A DNA stretch of 64,000 bases, from positions 62,001-126,000 of the forward strand of contig NIVC01000206.1 in assembly GCA_002269645.1 (NCBI GenBank). Reading direction: 5' to 3'. Numbering within the stretch: position 1 is the first letter of the stretch; each line of letters begins with the position of its first letter. Origin of the DNA: Macrostomum lignano. Its lineage: Eukaryota. Below are positions 16,190 to 29,240 of the stretch, piece after piece. Both the position numbers and the translations under genes were made by a program. The notes beneath the pieces are model-generated. The model had not been told where the DNA came from. It did no database searches and worked only from the letters and a program-made list of their open reading frames with translations.

Positions 16190-18650
16190 ACATATCCCCA
16201 ATATGCTTCCCTAATTTATCCCCAATATGCTACCCTGATTTATCCCCAATATGCTTCCCTAATTTATCCCCAATATTCTACCATGATTTATCCCCAATAT
16301 GCTTCCCTAATTTATCCCCAATATGCTACCCTGATTTATCCCCAATATGCTACCCTGATTTATCCCCAATATGCTTCCCTAATTTATCCCCAATATGCTA
16401 CCCTGATTTATCCCCAATATTCTACTCTGATTTATCCCCAATATGCTTCCCTAATTTATCCCCAATATGCTACCCTGATTTATCCCCAATATGCTACCCT
16501 GAATTATCCCCAATATGCTTCCCTAATTTATCCCCAATATGCTACCCTGATTTATCCCCAATATGCTTCCCTGATTTATCCCCAATATGCTTCCCTAATT
16601 TATCCCCAATATGCTACCCTGATTTATCCCCAATATTCTACTCTGATTTATCCCCAATATGCTTCCCTAATTTATCCCCAATATGCTACCCTGATTTATC
16701 CCCAATATGCTACCCTGATTTATCCCCAATATGCTTCCCTAATTTATCCCCAATATGCTACCCTGATTTATCCCCAATATGCTACCCTGATTTATCCCCA
16801 ATATGCTTCCCTAATTTATCCCCAATATGCTACCCTGATTTATCCCCAATATGCTACCCTGATTTATCCCCAATATGCTTCCCTGATTTATCCCCAATAT
16901 GCTTCCCTAATTTATCCCCAATATGCTACCCTAATTTATCCCCTATATGCTTTTTTTTAATTTATCCCCAATATGCTTCCCTAATTTATCCCCAATATGC
17001 TACCCTGATTTATCCCCAATATGCTACCCTGATTTATCCCCAATATGCTACCCTGATTTATCCCCAATATGCTTCCCTAATTTATCCCCAATATGCTACC
17101 CTGATTTATCCCCAATATGCTACCCTGATTTATCCCCAATATGCTTCCCTAATTTATCCCCAATATGCTACCCTGATTTATCCCCAATATGCTACCCTGA
17201 TTTATCCCCAATATGCTTCCCTGATTTATCCCCAATATGCTTCCCTAATTTATCCCCAATATGCTACCCTAATTTATCCCCTATATGCTTTTTTTAATTT
17301 ATCCCCAATATGCTTCCCTAATTTATCCCTAATATGCTTCCCTAATCTATCCCCAATATGCTACCCTAATTTATCCCCAAAATGCTTTCCTAATTTATCC
17401 CCAATATGCTTCACTAATTTATCCCCAATATGCTTCCCTAATTTATCCCCAATATGCTTCCCTAATTTATCCCTAATATGCTTCCCTAATCTATCCCCAA
17501 TATGCTACCCTAATTTATCCCCAAAATGCTTTCCTAATTTATCCCCAATATGCTTCACTAATTTATCACTTAGATGCTTCCCTAATTTATTCTTTATATG
17601 CTTCACTATCACTAATTTATCCCCAATATGCTTCACTAACTTTTATCCCCAATATGCATAACTAATTTATCCCCAAAATGCTTTCCTAATTTATCCCCAA
17701 TATGCTTCACTAATTTATCACTTAGATGCTTCCCTAATTTATTCTTTATATGCTTCACTATCACTAATTTATCCCCAATATGCTTCACTAACTTTTATCC
17801 CCAATATGCATAACTAATTTATCCCCAATATGCTTCCCTAATTTATTCCTTATATGCTTCACTAATAATTATCCCCCATATGCTTCCCTAATTTATCCCC
17901 AATGTGCTCACTTTCCTAATTTATCCCCAATATGTTACCCTAATTTATCCCTGATATGCTTCCCTAATTTATCCCCAATATGCTTACTTTCCTAATTTAT
18001 CCCCAATATGCTTCCCTAATTCATTTCTTATATCATGCTTCACTAATAATTATCCCCCATATGCTTCCCTAATTCATTTCTTATATCATGCTTCACTAAT
18101 AATTATCCCCCATATGCTTCCCTAATTTATCCCCCATATGCTTCCCTAATTTATCCCCAATATGCTTACTTTCCTAATTTATCCCCAATATGCTTCCCTA
18201 ATTTATCCCCAATATTCTTACTTTCTTAATTTATCCCCAAATATGCTTCCCTAATTTATCCCCAATATGCTTCCCTAATTTATCCCTAATATGCTTCACT
18301 AACTTTTATCCCCAATATGCATAACTAATTTATCCCCAATATGCTTCACTAATTTATCCCCAAATATGCTTCCCTAATTTATCCCTAATATGCTTCACTA
18401 ATTTATCCCGAATATGCTTCCCTAATTTATCCCCAATATGCTTCCCTAGTTTATCCCCAATATGCTTCACTAACTTTTATCCCCAATATGCATAACTAAT
18501 TTATCCCCAATATGCATAACTAATTTATCCCCAATATGCATAACTAATTTATCCCCAATATGCTTCCCTAATTTATTCTTTATATGCTTCACTAATTTAT
18601 CCCCAACATGCTTTACTAGTTTATCCCCAAATACGCTTCACTAATTTATG
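16190..18650. repeat. 24-bp minisatellite (~100 units)
   Basis: Unit atttatccccaatatgct(t/a)ccct(a/g). It is homogeneous at the 5' end and increasingly degenerate after ~17300. Confidence 0.97.
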
Positions 18651-19604
18651 ATCCGTCTGTGTGCAGCGCTGCTTGAAAAGAAACTGGGTTTATCCAGATT
18701 TTAAAAAATTTAAATCAGAGAATAGGAAACGGATCGAGTGGAGAATAATCTGGTCTGAAGTCTCTCTCAAGAAATAGTTTTTATTCGGATTGACCCCCCC
18801 CCCTTGTGACAGTTCAAGGGGCCTGCTCGAAGGTGATACTCGTAATTACTGGCCAAGAGCTGCTAAGGTGTGAGAAAGCTAATTACAAGAATTGACTAGG
18901 GCGGGGGGTTATAGGAGACGTTGCACAGCTTTGAACAGGAAATTAGCTTTTCTTTCACCTTTAGGCGTTGAACATTTTCGCTCGGATAGGCATAAGGGCA
19001 AGAGCAGACCGCATAGGTGTCCCCAGAGCTCATGGGAGCCTCTCTCGCCTCACTTCGTCAACAGGGATTATCTGATGCTGGCCAGAGCAGCTCCTGTACG
19101 TTTGGGTGTACCCCCCTCCCATGTGCTCTGCCTTTGGGAAATTCATCGGTACCTTGGTCATCGTATTCGTTTTAGTCTTCTTGTGTGTATTTTTGACTCG
19201 TCTACAAGCTAGCATGCATGGCTAGGCAGTCAGAGTGAGTGCGTTCTCAGCTTACAAAAAATAAGGCAGTTAAAATTGAGAGCACCAGTAGCTAAATACC
19301 TGTTTTTTTACCGCAGGCAAGGTTAAACAAAGCATAGAAAGAAATTTATCTAACTAGAATGCTTTTGTTTATAAAGTAGCTCGAATGACAGTAAAATTGG
19401 CGAGATAGGCAGGAGGCGGCTGCACGAACGAGCCTGAAGAGTCGCAGCTAGACTCACGCGAATTTTGACGACACAAAGACAGTAACTTCTAGACCTAGTC
19501 TAGGCTGCGGGTGGGAGGGGGACTTTCACAGGCTCAAATTTTCATAACGCATAAAAAATCGCTTTAAAAAGTATTGTGTTTATCAGTTTAGTTGAACTGC
19601 ACTC

Positions 19605-20102
19605 AGCCATCGATAATAAAGTCGCTTCTACAGAACTGCACTCGGCCATAGACAATATAGCCACTTCTACAGAACTGCACTGACCATAGACAATATAGCC
19701 ACTTCTACAGAATTGCACTGGCCATAGACAATATAGCCACTTCTACAGAACTGCACTCGGCCATAGACAATATAGCCACTTCTACAGAACTGCACTGGCC
19801 ATAGACAATATAGCCACTTCTACAGAACTGCACTGGCCATAGACAATATAGCCACTTCTACAGAACTGCACTGGCCATAGACAATATAGCCACTTCTACA
19901 GAACTGAACTCGGCCATAGACAATATAGCCACTTCTACAGAACTGCACTCGGCCATAGACAATATAGCCACTTCCACAGAACTGCACTCGGCCATAGACT
20001 ATACGAGAGCCAATCAAAGCCACACTGCCACACAACTGCACTCGGCCATAGACAATAAAGCCGATCAAAGCCACTACCACAGAACTGCACTCGGCCATTG
20101 AC
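19605..20102. repeat. 38/39-bp minisatellite carrying CCATAGAC
   Basis: Unit agaactgcactcggccatagacaatatagccacttctac, with 11 exact CCATAGAC copies. Confidence 0.95.
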
Positions 20103-21599
20103 AATGGAGTCAAGACAGCTCGCAATTCCAAGCCGCACTCTCCCACACACTGCAAGCCAAGCCAGCTGTTGAGTCCCTTCTCTGTGGATAAAAAGTCAAT
20201 CAAGCTAAGAGAAATTTTAGTTCAATGACACGAATGAAACACATAGAAGCTGCTTCGCTAATTTACAATCGAACAACTTAAGAAAATACTGAAATGGCTT
20301 CGCCATTTAACCTGGGCTGACGTAACCTGGGCTGCATGAAAACACTTGTGCAACACCTGGGCTCTGACGCTGAAAGGTACAGCCACCAGGCCTTGTCCCT
20401 TAGACTTTGTCCACCTCTGGATGGTGCGGTAGCTGACGTTCCAGCTAAGATCCCATTATCTAGACAGCGGGTCCGGGTTGTTTGAAGGTATACGCTAAAG
20501 GCTTGGCCGCTAACCAGTTATCTTTGCAGTAGTACACCCGATAAGAACTCCCACTAACGAAACGGGAACTCCCAGTCTATAGCAGACTAAGGTTCTTGAC
20601 CCCAAGTGTGCTACAGTAGCTCGTAGAAATGGCTGGTTTAAGGGACTCTATATGCGAGGCATACAAGGACAGTCTAGTCAGTGCTGAAAATGAGGACTTT
20701 TGCATAGTCTTTTAGCTGGTGAGCGGTTTTAGATTAGACTAAGATTCCCTCCTAAGCCCCAGGATCCCAAGGGTAAGTAATAGGTAACGCCATTCTAATG
20801 TCTTTCCTCCTAGATAGATTCGATGCAGCAGGGGATTTGGAAGTGCCAGAGCTCTCTCATGGTGCAATCTTACAGGGACTTACTTTGAAACACTGTTACT
20901 GCTATGATTATTTGGATGTATTCGGCTCATACTCGGTGATTTTGCACTCTGATCCTCAGCTTCTATCCCATGCCCCGCAACAGGCGCACTCCCTACTCGC
21001 ACTTCATGCCACGATTTATGGCAGATGAGAAAATAGACCGAAGCAAACAGTTTTGAATGGCTATTGCCCTAAATTTCTGGCCCTGAACTTGGCACAAAAA
21101 ATCGGTTAATTATCAAAGTGTGATAGATTGAGAATTAATATTAAAAGATGGTGAGCAGTAGGAGTGGAGACCTGGCTGACCATACACAAGGACAGCGCAA
21201 AAGAGGAAAATACCTTAACAGACACGGCAGGACTGCTTGGCGCGGTGGTCGTCAGGTGATCATGGTGACGGCTGCAGTCAGCGTCTCAACGTGATGACCA
21301 GAAGTATTGGATTGGGTTGGACGTTAGGAGGGTCGCAAATGATGGAGGGGAGAACAGTTAGCAGATGTCTATGGGGAAGATCCTGAGGATCTGGGAGCAA
21401 TCAAAGTGTTTAGGGGAAATTAGCTTGGTCCTAGGGGGGGGGGAGAGATTAGCTTGTAGAACTTCAGAGGGGATGATTGGAGTACGCGGGAACGAGTCGT
21501 GGGATGCGGGCGGAACTCGCGGATCGCGCTGGCAGGAAGGCTCTGGTTCGAGTACTGAGTCCCCCGGGGCCGACGGTTGCCACTGAGCTCAAAGAGGGC

Positions 21600-21716
21600 T
21601 CCTATTTATAGCCCTGAAATCACGCGTCACGCAATCACGTGAGCGTGACCTGTCCTTGACTTCCGCTACCAAGCAACCCTGATGACGTCATCCGCCAGCC
21701 GCGCTGTGATTGGACA
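21600..21716 (-). promoter_or_regulatory. Dense Pol II promoter motif cluster (possible LTR U3)
   Basis: The minus strand reads CCAAT, TGACGTCA (CRE), CGGAAGT (ETS), CACGTG (E-box), then TATAAATA, in promoter order. LTR boundaries were not resolved. Confidence 0.45.
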
Positions 21717-22349
21717 AGAAATTTAGGTGGGTTGCAGCCGAGAAAAAAGATTTAAGATGGGGGGATTGCGTAACGGGCGGGAAAAAGCTTGGTGAGATAG
21801 GGGTCATAAAACTGTCACACGCATGAGCTATTTCGAACAATAGAAAGGTGGGGTGGGTGCGCGGGGGATTGGGGTGGGTGATAAGCACGAGTCGTCACGG
21901 GGGCGCAAGGGAGGAAGGGAGGGTGCGCAAGAGTTAGTGGGGAGGCCCAGGACGTGTCTACATCAATTATTGTCGAGATAAGAACTGAGACTTTCCAGCT
22001 CGTATATTTGCATGTACCCACCGCATACTTCCCTGGTGCACAGCCGCACAGGCTTTGAAATATGTTTTTTCCTGATAATGCACAAAATCAAGGATCAAGA
22101 TAATCAGTTTAACTTTTTGTGACCAGCTGGTGAATGCCGATGTCTCGATCTAATGACGTTCATTTCAGTTAATTTCATTCCAATTGGTACTTAACTGCTC
22201 AATTCCTCTTGGCTCTGCGGGGATTTCTGGCCTCTCCAAGCCAATCCCCTTGGGGCAGTGGGTTCCCAGCTCTTCCCCCGCACTGTCCGCGCCTGCCTAA
22301 TTTAAGGAGAGTTCGAATTTGCCTCCTCGCAATTCATTGCGCCACCCCG

Positions 22350-22976
22350 ATGAGCAGTCTAATGAGCACTATCATAAGCAGCCTGCAGCAGCTGCCTCAT
22401 TCAGGCAGATCGGCTGTTGCTCCGGCTTCCACGCCAGTTGCTATCAGCTCTCAGCATCAGCAGCAGCAACAACAGCAGCAGCAGGAGAAGCAACAGTCCG
22501 CCGCCAAGGCAGCCAAGCCGCCGGACCTGTTGAAGGCACTCGCGTCGGGTTTCCTGCTGACTGCGCAAGGCTGCCTAGCGGCCGGGACCGAGCTGGTGAA
22601 CATTATCGACGGCTGCACTCGGTTCAAGCACGGCTTGGGCTTGATTAATGCCTGTTTAAGCCTCTACCTGGCCTTCCACTGTCTGATGATGCACCGAGCT
22701 CCTGAGCACCTGCTCAGCACAGCCGCGATCCGGTCCGTGCTGGCGTCAGCAGCCGGTCTAATCCTGCTCAACACGTGCACCTTCAGCGTGTTCTACATCA
22801 CGGCCAGATGGAATCTGGCAGCCTGCGACCCGGGCACCCTGGCACTGCTGGGAGTGTCCACCATCGCCAGCTTCTGCGTCGGGGCTCCGTCCGCCTTCAT
22901 GGCTGGCGTGCTCATTCGCAGCAACTGGCGACTCAACGTCGGTTGCTGCTGCGGTCATCAGAGAGGCCTGGCCTGA
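22350..22976 (+). CDS. Unknown ~208-aa membrane protein, ~4 TM, with N-terminal polyQ
   Basis: In-frame ATG at 22350, GC-rich codon usage like the neighbouring genes, and four hydrophobic segments after a Ser/Ala/Gln-rich N-terminus. No family was recognised. Confidence 0.6.
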   Translation: MSSLMSTIISSLQQLPHSGRSAVAPASTPVAISSQHQQQQQQQQQEKQQSAAKAAKPPDLLKALASGFLLTAQGCLAAGTELVNIIDGCTRFKHGLGLINACLSLYLAFHCLMMHRAPEHLLSTAAIRSVLASAAGLILLNTCTFSVFYITARWNLAACDPGTLALLGVSTIASFCVGAPSAFMAGVLIRSNWRLNVGCCCGHQRGLA

Positions 22977-23723
22977 CCTTCAAGTGTTTTTTAAGCGTTG
23001 CACTCAGTGAGTCCAAGGATGATTTTAGCGGGGCGGGAAACTTTGTTTCTTAGAAAATAGTTGAAGACTGGCTTAATGCAGAAAATACAATTACGCTATT
23101 TTGTGCTGACAAAAACCCGGAAAACTTCTATCTCGGTAGTGTATTTTTGCATAAGCCAGCTATTAAATGTTTTCTAAGAAACAAAGTTTCCTGTCCTACT
23201 AAAGTCGTACTTGAGGTACTTTAGTTTAATCGCAGATTGTTGTGTAATAACGCTGAGATATAGTTAATACTCAATGAAGAGATTGTACACTGCCATAAGT
23301 GTAATTCCCCTTGACAACGTAGCATTCCAGGATACCAGGGGGTTGGTTTCTAATCAAACTGAAAATTTCTTATCTGGGTGGTTTTGTACTTTCTTTCGTC
23401 GAAAGTTGACCTTGAAGTAGACGAAGGCTACTCTCGATTTTCTTAGAAATGAACGTCATGTGATCCACTTTGCCTGTGCGCCGCGTCTATTCCCCCAGTG
23501 TTAAATGAGCGGAGATAATCAGTAGCGTAACTCCGCTACCATAGACAAAGCAACGCCATAGACATGGCTAGCGGAGATAAGGCATTATATTCGGGTCGCA
23601 CATGCCGTGGATTACATACAAATTGAATCGCCTGATACTAGGAGATGAGCCATACAGAATCTCTTCGTATCAGGCGATTCTTGTTTATATTTCTCGTATC
23701 ACCTGCAGTGCATTTAGTATGCT

Positions 23724-24332
23724 CCAAGGACAACTTGATAACTCAGGACCGGAAACGAGCCAATCATTTGGCAAGCCTCCGGCGTCTTCATTTGGCTGGA
23801 GATGCAGGTCCTCGTCTTCTTCATCTTCACCCTCATCCGCTGTTAGCCAGCCTTCCTCCTCCTCTAGTTCGGAGTCGGTATCCGGATCAAAATGCACTTG
23901 AGCAGCCATGACAAACACTGTCCGATACTTAGAAATTATTGCACTAAATAAAGCTGCTGATCGATGATTCCGTTAAATAATTGGCACTTGACTTTTATCA
24001 TGTAGCTTCAAGCTTTCTTGATTTGATGAATCCCACAATTTTACTGTGTCATTTATACCCACCCACCCGTCCATCTGCACCCCACTCCAGCTTGTTTTTT
24101 GCTTTCATGTTTATCCTTTATTGCTACGAGTATAAGCTAATCCGCCTGCTATCGCAGGCTACGGCTGTGTCAAAAATATGCTGAAATAGTCTATGGCCTG
24201 CTCTGCAGGCCATTCCACAAGCTACGCTGGTGAATAGAATCCCAACCAGCAGTGTAGGGGTTGAACGAGCCTCATACTTTTTTCGCCATGAATTGGCTCG
24301 TTTCCGGTCCTGAGTTATCAAGTTGTCCTTGG
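23724..24332. repeat. 41-bp perfect inverted repeat pair
   Basis: ccaaggacaacttgataactcaggaccggaaacgagccaat at 23724-23764 and its reverse complement at 24292-24332. Confidence 0.85.
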
Positions 24333-24840
24333 TATGCTCTAGACAACGCTGTAGGGGATTTGCCCATAGACAAATTCGATAAGGTAAAATCCGCTCTAAA
24401 CAAATCCGATCTTCTAAGCAAATCGAGTGTAAGGATTCTTTTACTTTAGTTGTTCATGAGCAAGAAGTTCTTGAACTACTTCACCAATGATTAACGAGAG
24501 CGTGTATGACCAGTTTTTATAAAGACTAGCTTCAATAGTGCAGCCCGAAAGTCAGTCGGTATACACGAGTCTGCTCAGCCGGCAAGCACACGCACGCACG
24601 CACTCAACTGCGTGTAGCGGTGGCCTCGTCAGTTTTCCTGTCTGCGAGCTCGAGCAAACTTCCTGCTTTCTCGAGCCAGTGTATAAACTCTACACAGATG
24701 CGCCAATACTTGAAAAATTATGTTTCTCAACTCTGCTCGCCGGGGAACAGAAGTTAACTTCAAAGAGATGCTGGTTGATTCCATGCTGGTGGTTAGCTTT
24801 ATACGGAGTTTCTCGACAAACTGTAGCATTTTGCAAGCTA

Positions 24841-25576
24841 CACCATTTTACCCTTGATTTTGAACAAGGAGAACTTCGAAACTGACAAACTCCTCTTCAA
24901 TATTGACACTCTATGGTCGGGCACTCAAAATCTACAATCAATATTGACAGATCGAGCTTCATTTTTGACAACTCCGAATCAATATTGAACAGTTTACAAT
25001 CGATTTTGACTAAGACATTTTTTGAAATGGATTTTGAAAATTTTTACTAAGTTTTCTCACTTGAGGGGGGTACTTGCTATTTGGGAGAGGGGGTACTGGC
25101 TGCATGTATCTACGAGTACATGTGGGAATCTTTCTATCCAGGGAAAAATGAAAAATGAAGCAGACTTTTTGGGTACACAAACCATAGAGTGTCAGTTTTG
25201 AAGCAACTCTGTCAAAATAGAATCAGACTTTGCAGCCCAACCAGTCAGGCTATTTTAGTCTGTGTGTGTAAAGGATGGAGAAAAATAAATTTTATCAATA
25301 CTTGTAGATCCAAAAAGCAAAGTCAGAATAAGCTGATTTTGCACAGCTCACTTCAGCCCCGTTCAGGCTTTCATTGGATTACTTTGTTACCGAATTCTCC
25401 CAGGAGAAGTTGACTAAACGTGCATTGTCAAAATTGAACCAGAGTTTGTCAAAATTGAAGCTTGATCTGTCAATATTGATTGTAGATTTTGAGTGCCCGA
25501 CCATGGAGTGTCAATATTGAAGAGGAGTTTGTCAGTTTCGAAGTTCTCCTTGTTCAAAATCGAGAGTAAAATGGTG
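24841..25576. mobile_element. MITE with ~140-bp TIRs and flanking TA (Tc1/mariner-type signature)
   Basis: TA|CACCATTTTAC...GTAAAATGGTG|TA. The arms at ~24841-24982 and ~25443-25576 are reverse complements, with a non-coding interior. Confidence 0.75.
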
Positions 25577-26187
25577 TAGTAGAGACTACGAGCAAGCAAT
25601 TTAATTCAAGTTAGCAAAAACACATGCATTTTGAGCCTCACTGATATATTCCTGCCCGGTCACGAGTGCGGGAATGACATCTGCACGAGTGCGCGCTAGC
25701 GCACGAGTGCACGATGTCCTTCACGCACGAGTGAACGTGAAGGAATTCCATTGTCGGATGATTCATCGTGCAGGAATGCACAAAACCGTGCAGGAATGCA
25801 TTTCTGCGCCTAATGCTTTTTCAGTGAGATTTTACCATAGACATCCATTCCTGCACGCAAAAGAGTGCAAGAATGCCATTCTTGCATGGAAAATCAGCCG
25901 ACAATGCTAGTTGTCTCACGATTTCGCGGGCAAGACGGCCTAAGGAATCGTCAGTGTGTTGCCCGCAGATTTTGTCTATGGCATAAGCGTAAAAGTTTGT
26001 AACGCAAGAATTTTTTGTATTTTTTTGCGATTAAACTTGAAAAGTACAAAGTGAAACTTATGAACATGGCATTAAAAGTACAACCGATATGTCACGTATA
26101 CATAGCGTGTACAATGGCTGCATGTGACCAGAGGAGTTCCTTTAATACTCCACGTTAGTCTATAGTCCACTAAATGAAGAAACTAAG

Positions 26188-26991
26188 TCAGACGCCATCC
26201 TTTTCCAGTACAGCGGTAGGCTTGAGGTCGTTTGGGTCGCATGATTGCCTCACGGCTGGGATAGCGTTCGGTCTTTGATTGATGTTGCTAGCCTCTGAAG
26301 TCTCAGTGACGACCATACGCTTTGATGAGGTGGCCTCAGTCTCCGACACAGTCTTTGTCCCCACGGCAGGATTTCCTTTCAAACTTACATACCAGAGGCG
26401 CAAATAGCTGTCGACATAACGCAGTGGCATGCGCTCAATGTCCTCAGGCAGTTTCTTCTCGCGGAGGAACTTCTTAAGTCGTTCAATGTGGTTCCGAGTA
26501 GTAGCCAATGTCGAAGGCGACTTTGAGGATGCCTCGGTGTCCTTAATGTTTTGAAGTTCTTTCGCATCCAAGTCTCGTAGCGAACACTCCGGATCAATAG
26601 CGGAATTCAGGAATTCTTCGACCTCCTCGTGGTCCAGGACCGGCAGCCCAGTGAATTGATCTACCGTTGATTCTACATGCATGAACAGTCGAGATATAAA
26701 CTGCAGCTCAGAATTAGCCAGGCCACTAATATCGCCTGTTGCTATCTTACTGAAATTGATCATGTTGCCGTCAGAATAAGCTATCAGTGCAGCTAATCTC
26801 AGCTCTAGTCCGATGCCTCCACGTCTCTCTTCACTGCAGCTGTATGAACAGGCTTTAGGGGCTTTGGACATAGACGAATTCTCAGGGCAACGGGCACACA
26901 ACGACATTCCGTGCCCGCTGTTTTGGTCTATGGCCAATCGTGAAACAACATAGCAGCCCTCGGATTCGCTCATTCCTGCCCTCAAATCCAT
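26188..26991 (-). pseudogene. Crypton-like tyrosine recombinase N-terminal fragment (QRICH1/KCTD1/ZMYM-related); no catalytic domain seen
   Basis: LRDLDAKELQNIKDTEASSKSPSTLATTRNHIERLKKFLREKKLPEDIERMPLRYVDSYLRLWYVSLK resembles the region preceding the YR domain in animal Cryptons (S.ST...T......F..FL.EK....DIE.MP...LD..L..FY..L). Recognised by eye. The ORF stops before any catalytic residues. Confidence 0.55.
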
Positions 26992-27004
26992 AGTCAGAAC
27001 AATC

Positions 27005-27586
27005 AGTTGTCTATGGTAAAAAGTGTGTCAAACCGGCAGGCAATTTAATCCTAGGAGCACTTATTTAAGCACGATCTTGCTCGGCCTTTCCATTTATTTC
27101 ATGCATGCCTCCAACCAAACCAACCAGGAAGCTCCATATGAAAAAGTTACGACGTATAGAACAAAATTCAGCAAAAAAGTTCACTTAACGAAACCTGTGT
27201 ATAAAGAAACACACGGCAGAAAAGTTTTTACATGTACGTTTAGACTTCAGTAGGTTACATAATCACCTCCCCAGCGATGCAGCCTGTGCGAATTCTTGTC
27301 TGCGTGCTAAGTTGGCAATGCTTCTGTTGTTAGCGTCGATTATCAATCTATGCTTTTTGTCGTTAATCTTAGCATATTGCACAGATGGCGCTCCGGCATC
27401 TTCAGCAGCGATTCCGTGGATGTCTTAAAAATGGTGCTGGCTTTGGTCACTTTCGTCTGACATGTTAAAAAAACTGAGATTGGAACGGCATAGACAGCGC
27501 TGTTTATGGATTTCATTCAGTGCTTAAATGATTGCTCCAAGGATTAAATTGCCTGCCGGTTTGACACACTTTTACCATAGACAACT
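27005..27586. mobile_element. 582-bp element with ~68-bp imperfect terminal inverted repeats containing GTCTATGG/CCATAGAC
   Basis: agttgtctatggtaaaaagtgtgtcaaaccggcaggcaatttaatcct... at 27005 and its reverse complement ending at 27586. No TSD was seen. Confidence 0.8.
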
Positions 27587-28841
27587 AGCAGTGAGGCTCA
27601 AAAGGCGTGTTTTTTGGCTATCTTGGATTAAATTGCTTGCTCGTAGTCTCTACAAGCTTTTATCAAATTGAAATACAATTTTAACTTTCGATGATTGGGA
27701 GTCTATCCAGCTAGTCAAAAAGTCCAAGTGTGTTTTACACTCGAATTGAAGTAAAATAAAAGTACAACTGCTACGGAAATCTCGCGCCGAATCCATTTTT
27801 CCGTCTTTTTTTTCAGTTGCACTGCAAAAATAGCAATTCATAATTCATGATCCATCCATCCATTTGTCTCCTTTCTTAAAGGCACATCTGAGAGAATGTT
27901 TTAAGAAACGTGTTCTTATTTTCTTTTTTCTTTTTCTATTTTCTTACATAGGTCATATTGGCATAGTCAGACTACATACAAATAGGGCCCAACGCCAAAG
28001 CAGAAGAAAAAAATATAACAGGTGTAAAATAGGTGTACAAAGCATAAATATGAACTCATTTTCACTTTTGTATCGCCCCCCTACGGTTTTACCGTCAGTC
28101 GCGCTGTCTTCTTTAATCTATTTGAGCACCGCGCGGATTGCGTTCGATCGCGTTCCCCTTTGTAGAAGAAACCGTAAATATTGATATATACAGCTGCAGA
28201 CTGTATGTGTAAGAAGCTACATGTGTAACATGTATTAGAGTTCTAGTAATATGTTTCAACACGATACTCGTGTAATAATAATAATAGTAATAATAAATGC
28301 AAGCAAAATTGTCACCTTTAAAGATTGTTTGTCTTTAGTATTTTTTTGAACAGGCGTGTGCCCGTTCGATCTGCATCTACACTGCATATCCATGCCATGT
28401 CAGGTAAGCCATGTGATACCTCATTGCCTCATTTTATACAAACTTGAGCACGTAGGCTCATCTACCCGTGCCAAGCAGTAATTTTAGGATATATATAATA
28501 TGTGTACTTTACTTGCAACGTTCGACGTGCTTCATTAGCCCCCTTTGAACCTTGAATGTAGGATTGTTACCGGGAAGAAGGCACTCAACATGAAAAGTAG
28601 TCGTGTGCTTGAAAAAACCCAGCCTGCGCCTACTAATACGAAGTATTTCAGTGAGTTCCATCTTCTCTCCTCACGACTTTTTCTTCATTTCGCTCTTGAG
28701 TGTGTTTCTTGGAGAGTGTTTTCTTTTGAATTTTCTCTTGACTCAGAGGAACTCCTTAATGACTGCTGGATTCCTAAGGTATTTGAAGGCAACATTCGAA
28801 TGTAGCTGAGGGTGTGTAGCAATTAGAAATTTTAGGCTTGG

Positions 28842-29240
28842 GCGCCAAAGCTACTCACAAAAGTGGCGCCAAAGCTATACTCACAAAAGTGGCGCCAAAG
28901 CTACTCACAAAAGTGGCCCCAAAGCTACTCACAAAAGTGGCGCCAAAGCTACTCACAAAAGTGGCGCCAAAGCTATACTCACAAAAGTGGCGCCAAAGCT
29001 ATACTCACAAAAGTGGCGCCAAAGCTATTCACAAAAGTGGCGCCAAAGCTACTCACAAAAGTGGCGCCAAAGCTACACACAAAAGTGGCGCCAAAGCTAC
29101 TCACAAAAGTGGCGCCAAAGCTACTCACAAAAGTGGCGCCAAAGCTACTCACAAAAGTGGCGCCAAAGCTATACTCATAAATGTGGCGCCAAAGCTACTC
29201 ACAAGAGGCGCCAAAGCTACACATAAAAGTAGCGCCAAAT
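28842..29240. repeat. 24/26-bp minisatellite
   Basis: Unit ggcgccaaagct(at)actcacaaaagt. The mixed unit lengths break any reading frame. Confidence 0.95.

Noticed and set aside
16108-17661. Long ORFs (LSPICYPD / LIYPQYAT repeats)
   Set aside because: By-products of a stop-free 24-bp unit. Several frames are open, the frame switches at poly-T slips, and there is no signal peptide or synonymous bias.
19605-20102. CRISPR-like appearance of regular repeats (also other arrays)
   Set aside because: Units are contiguous with no unique spacers, there are no cas genes, and the context is eukaryotic.
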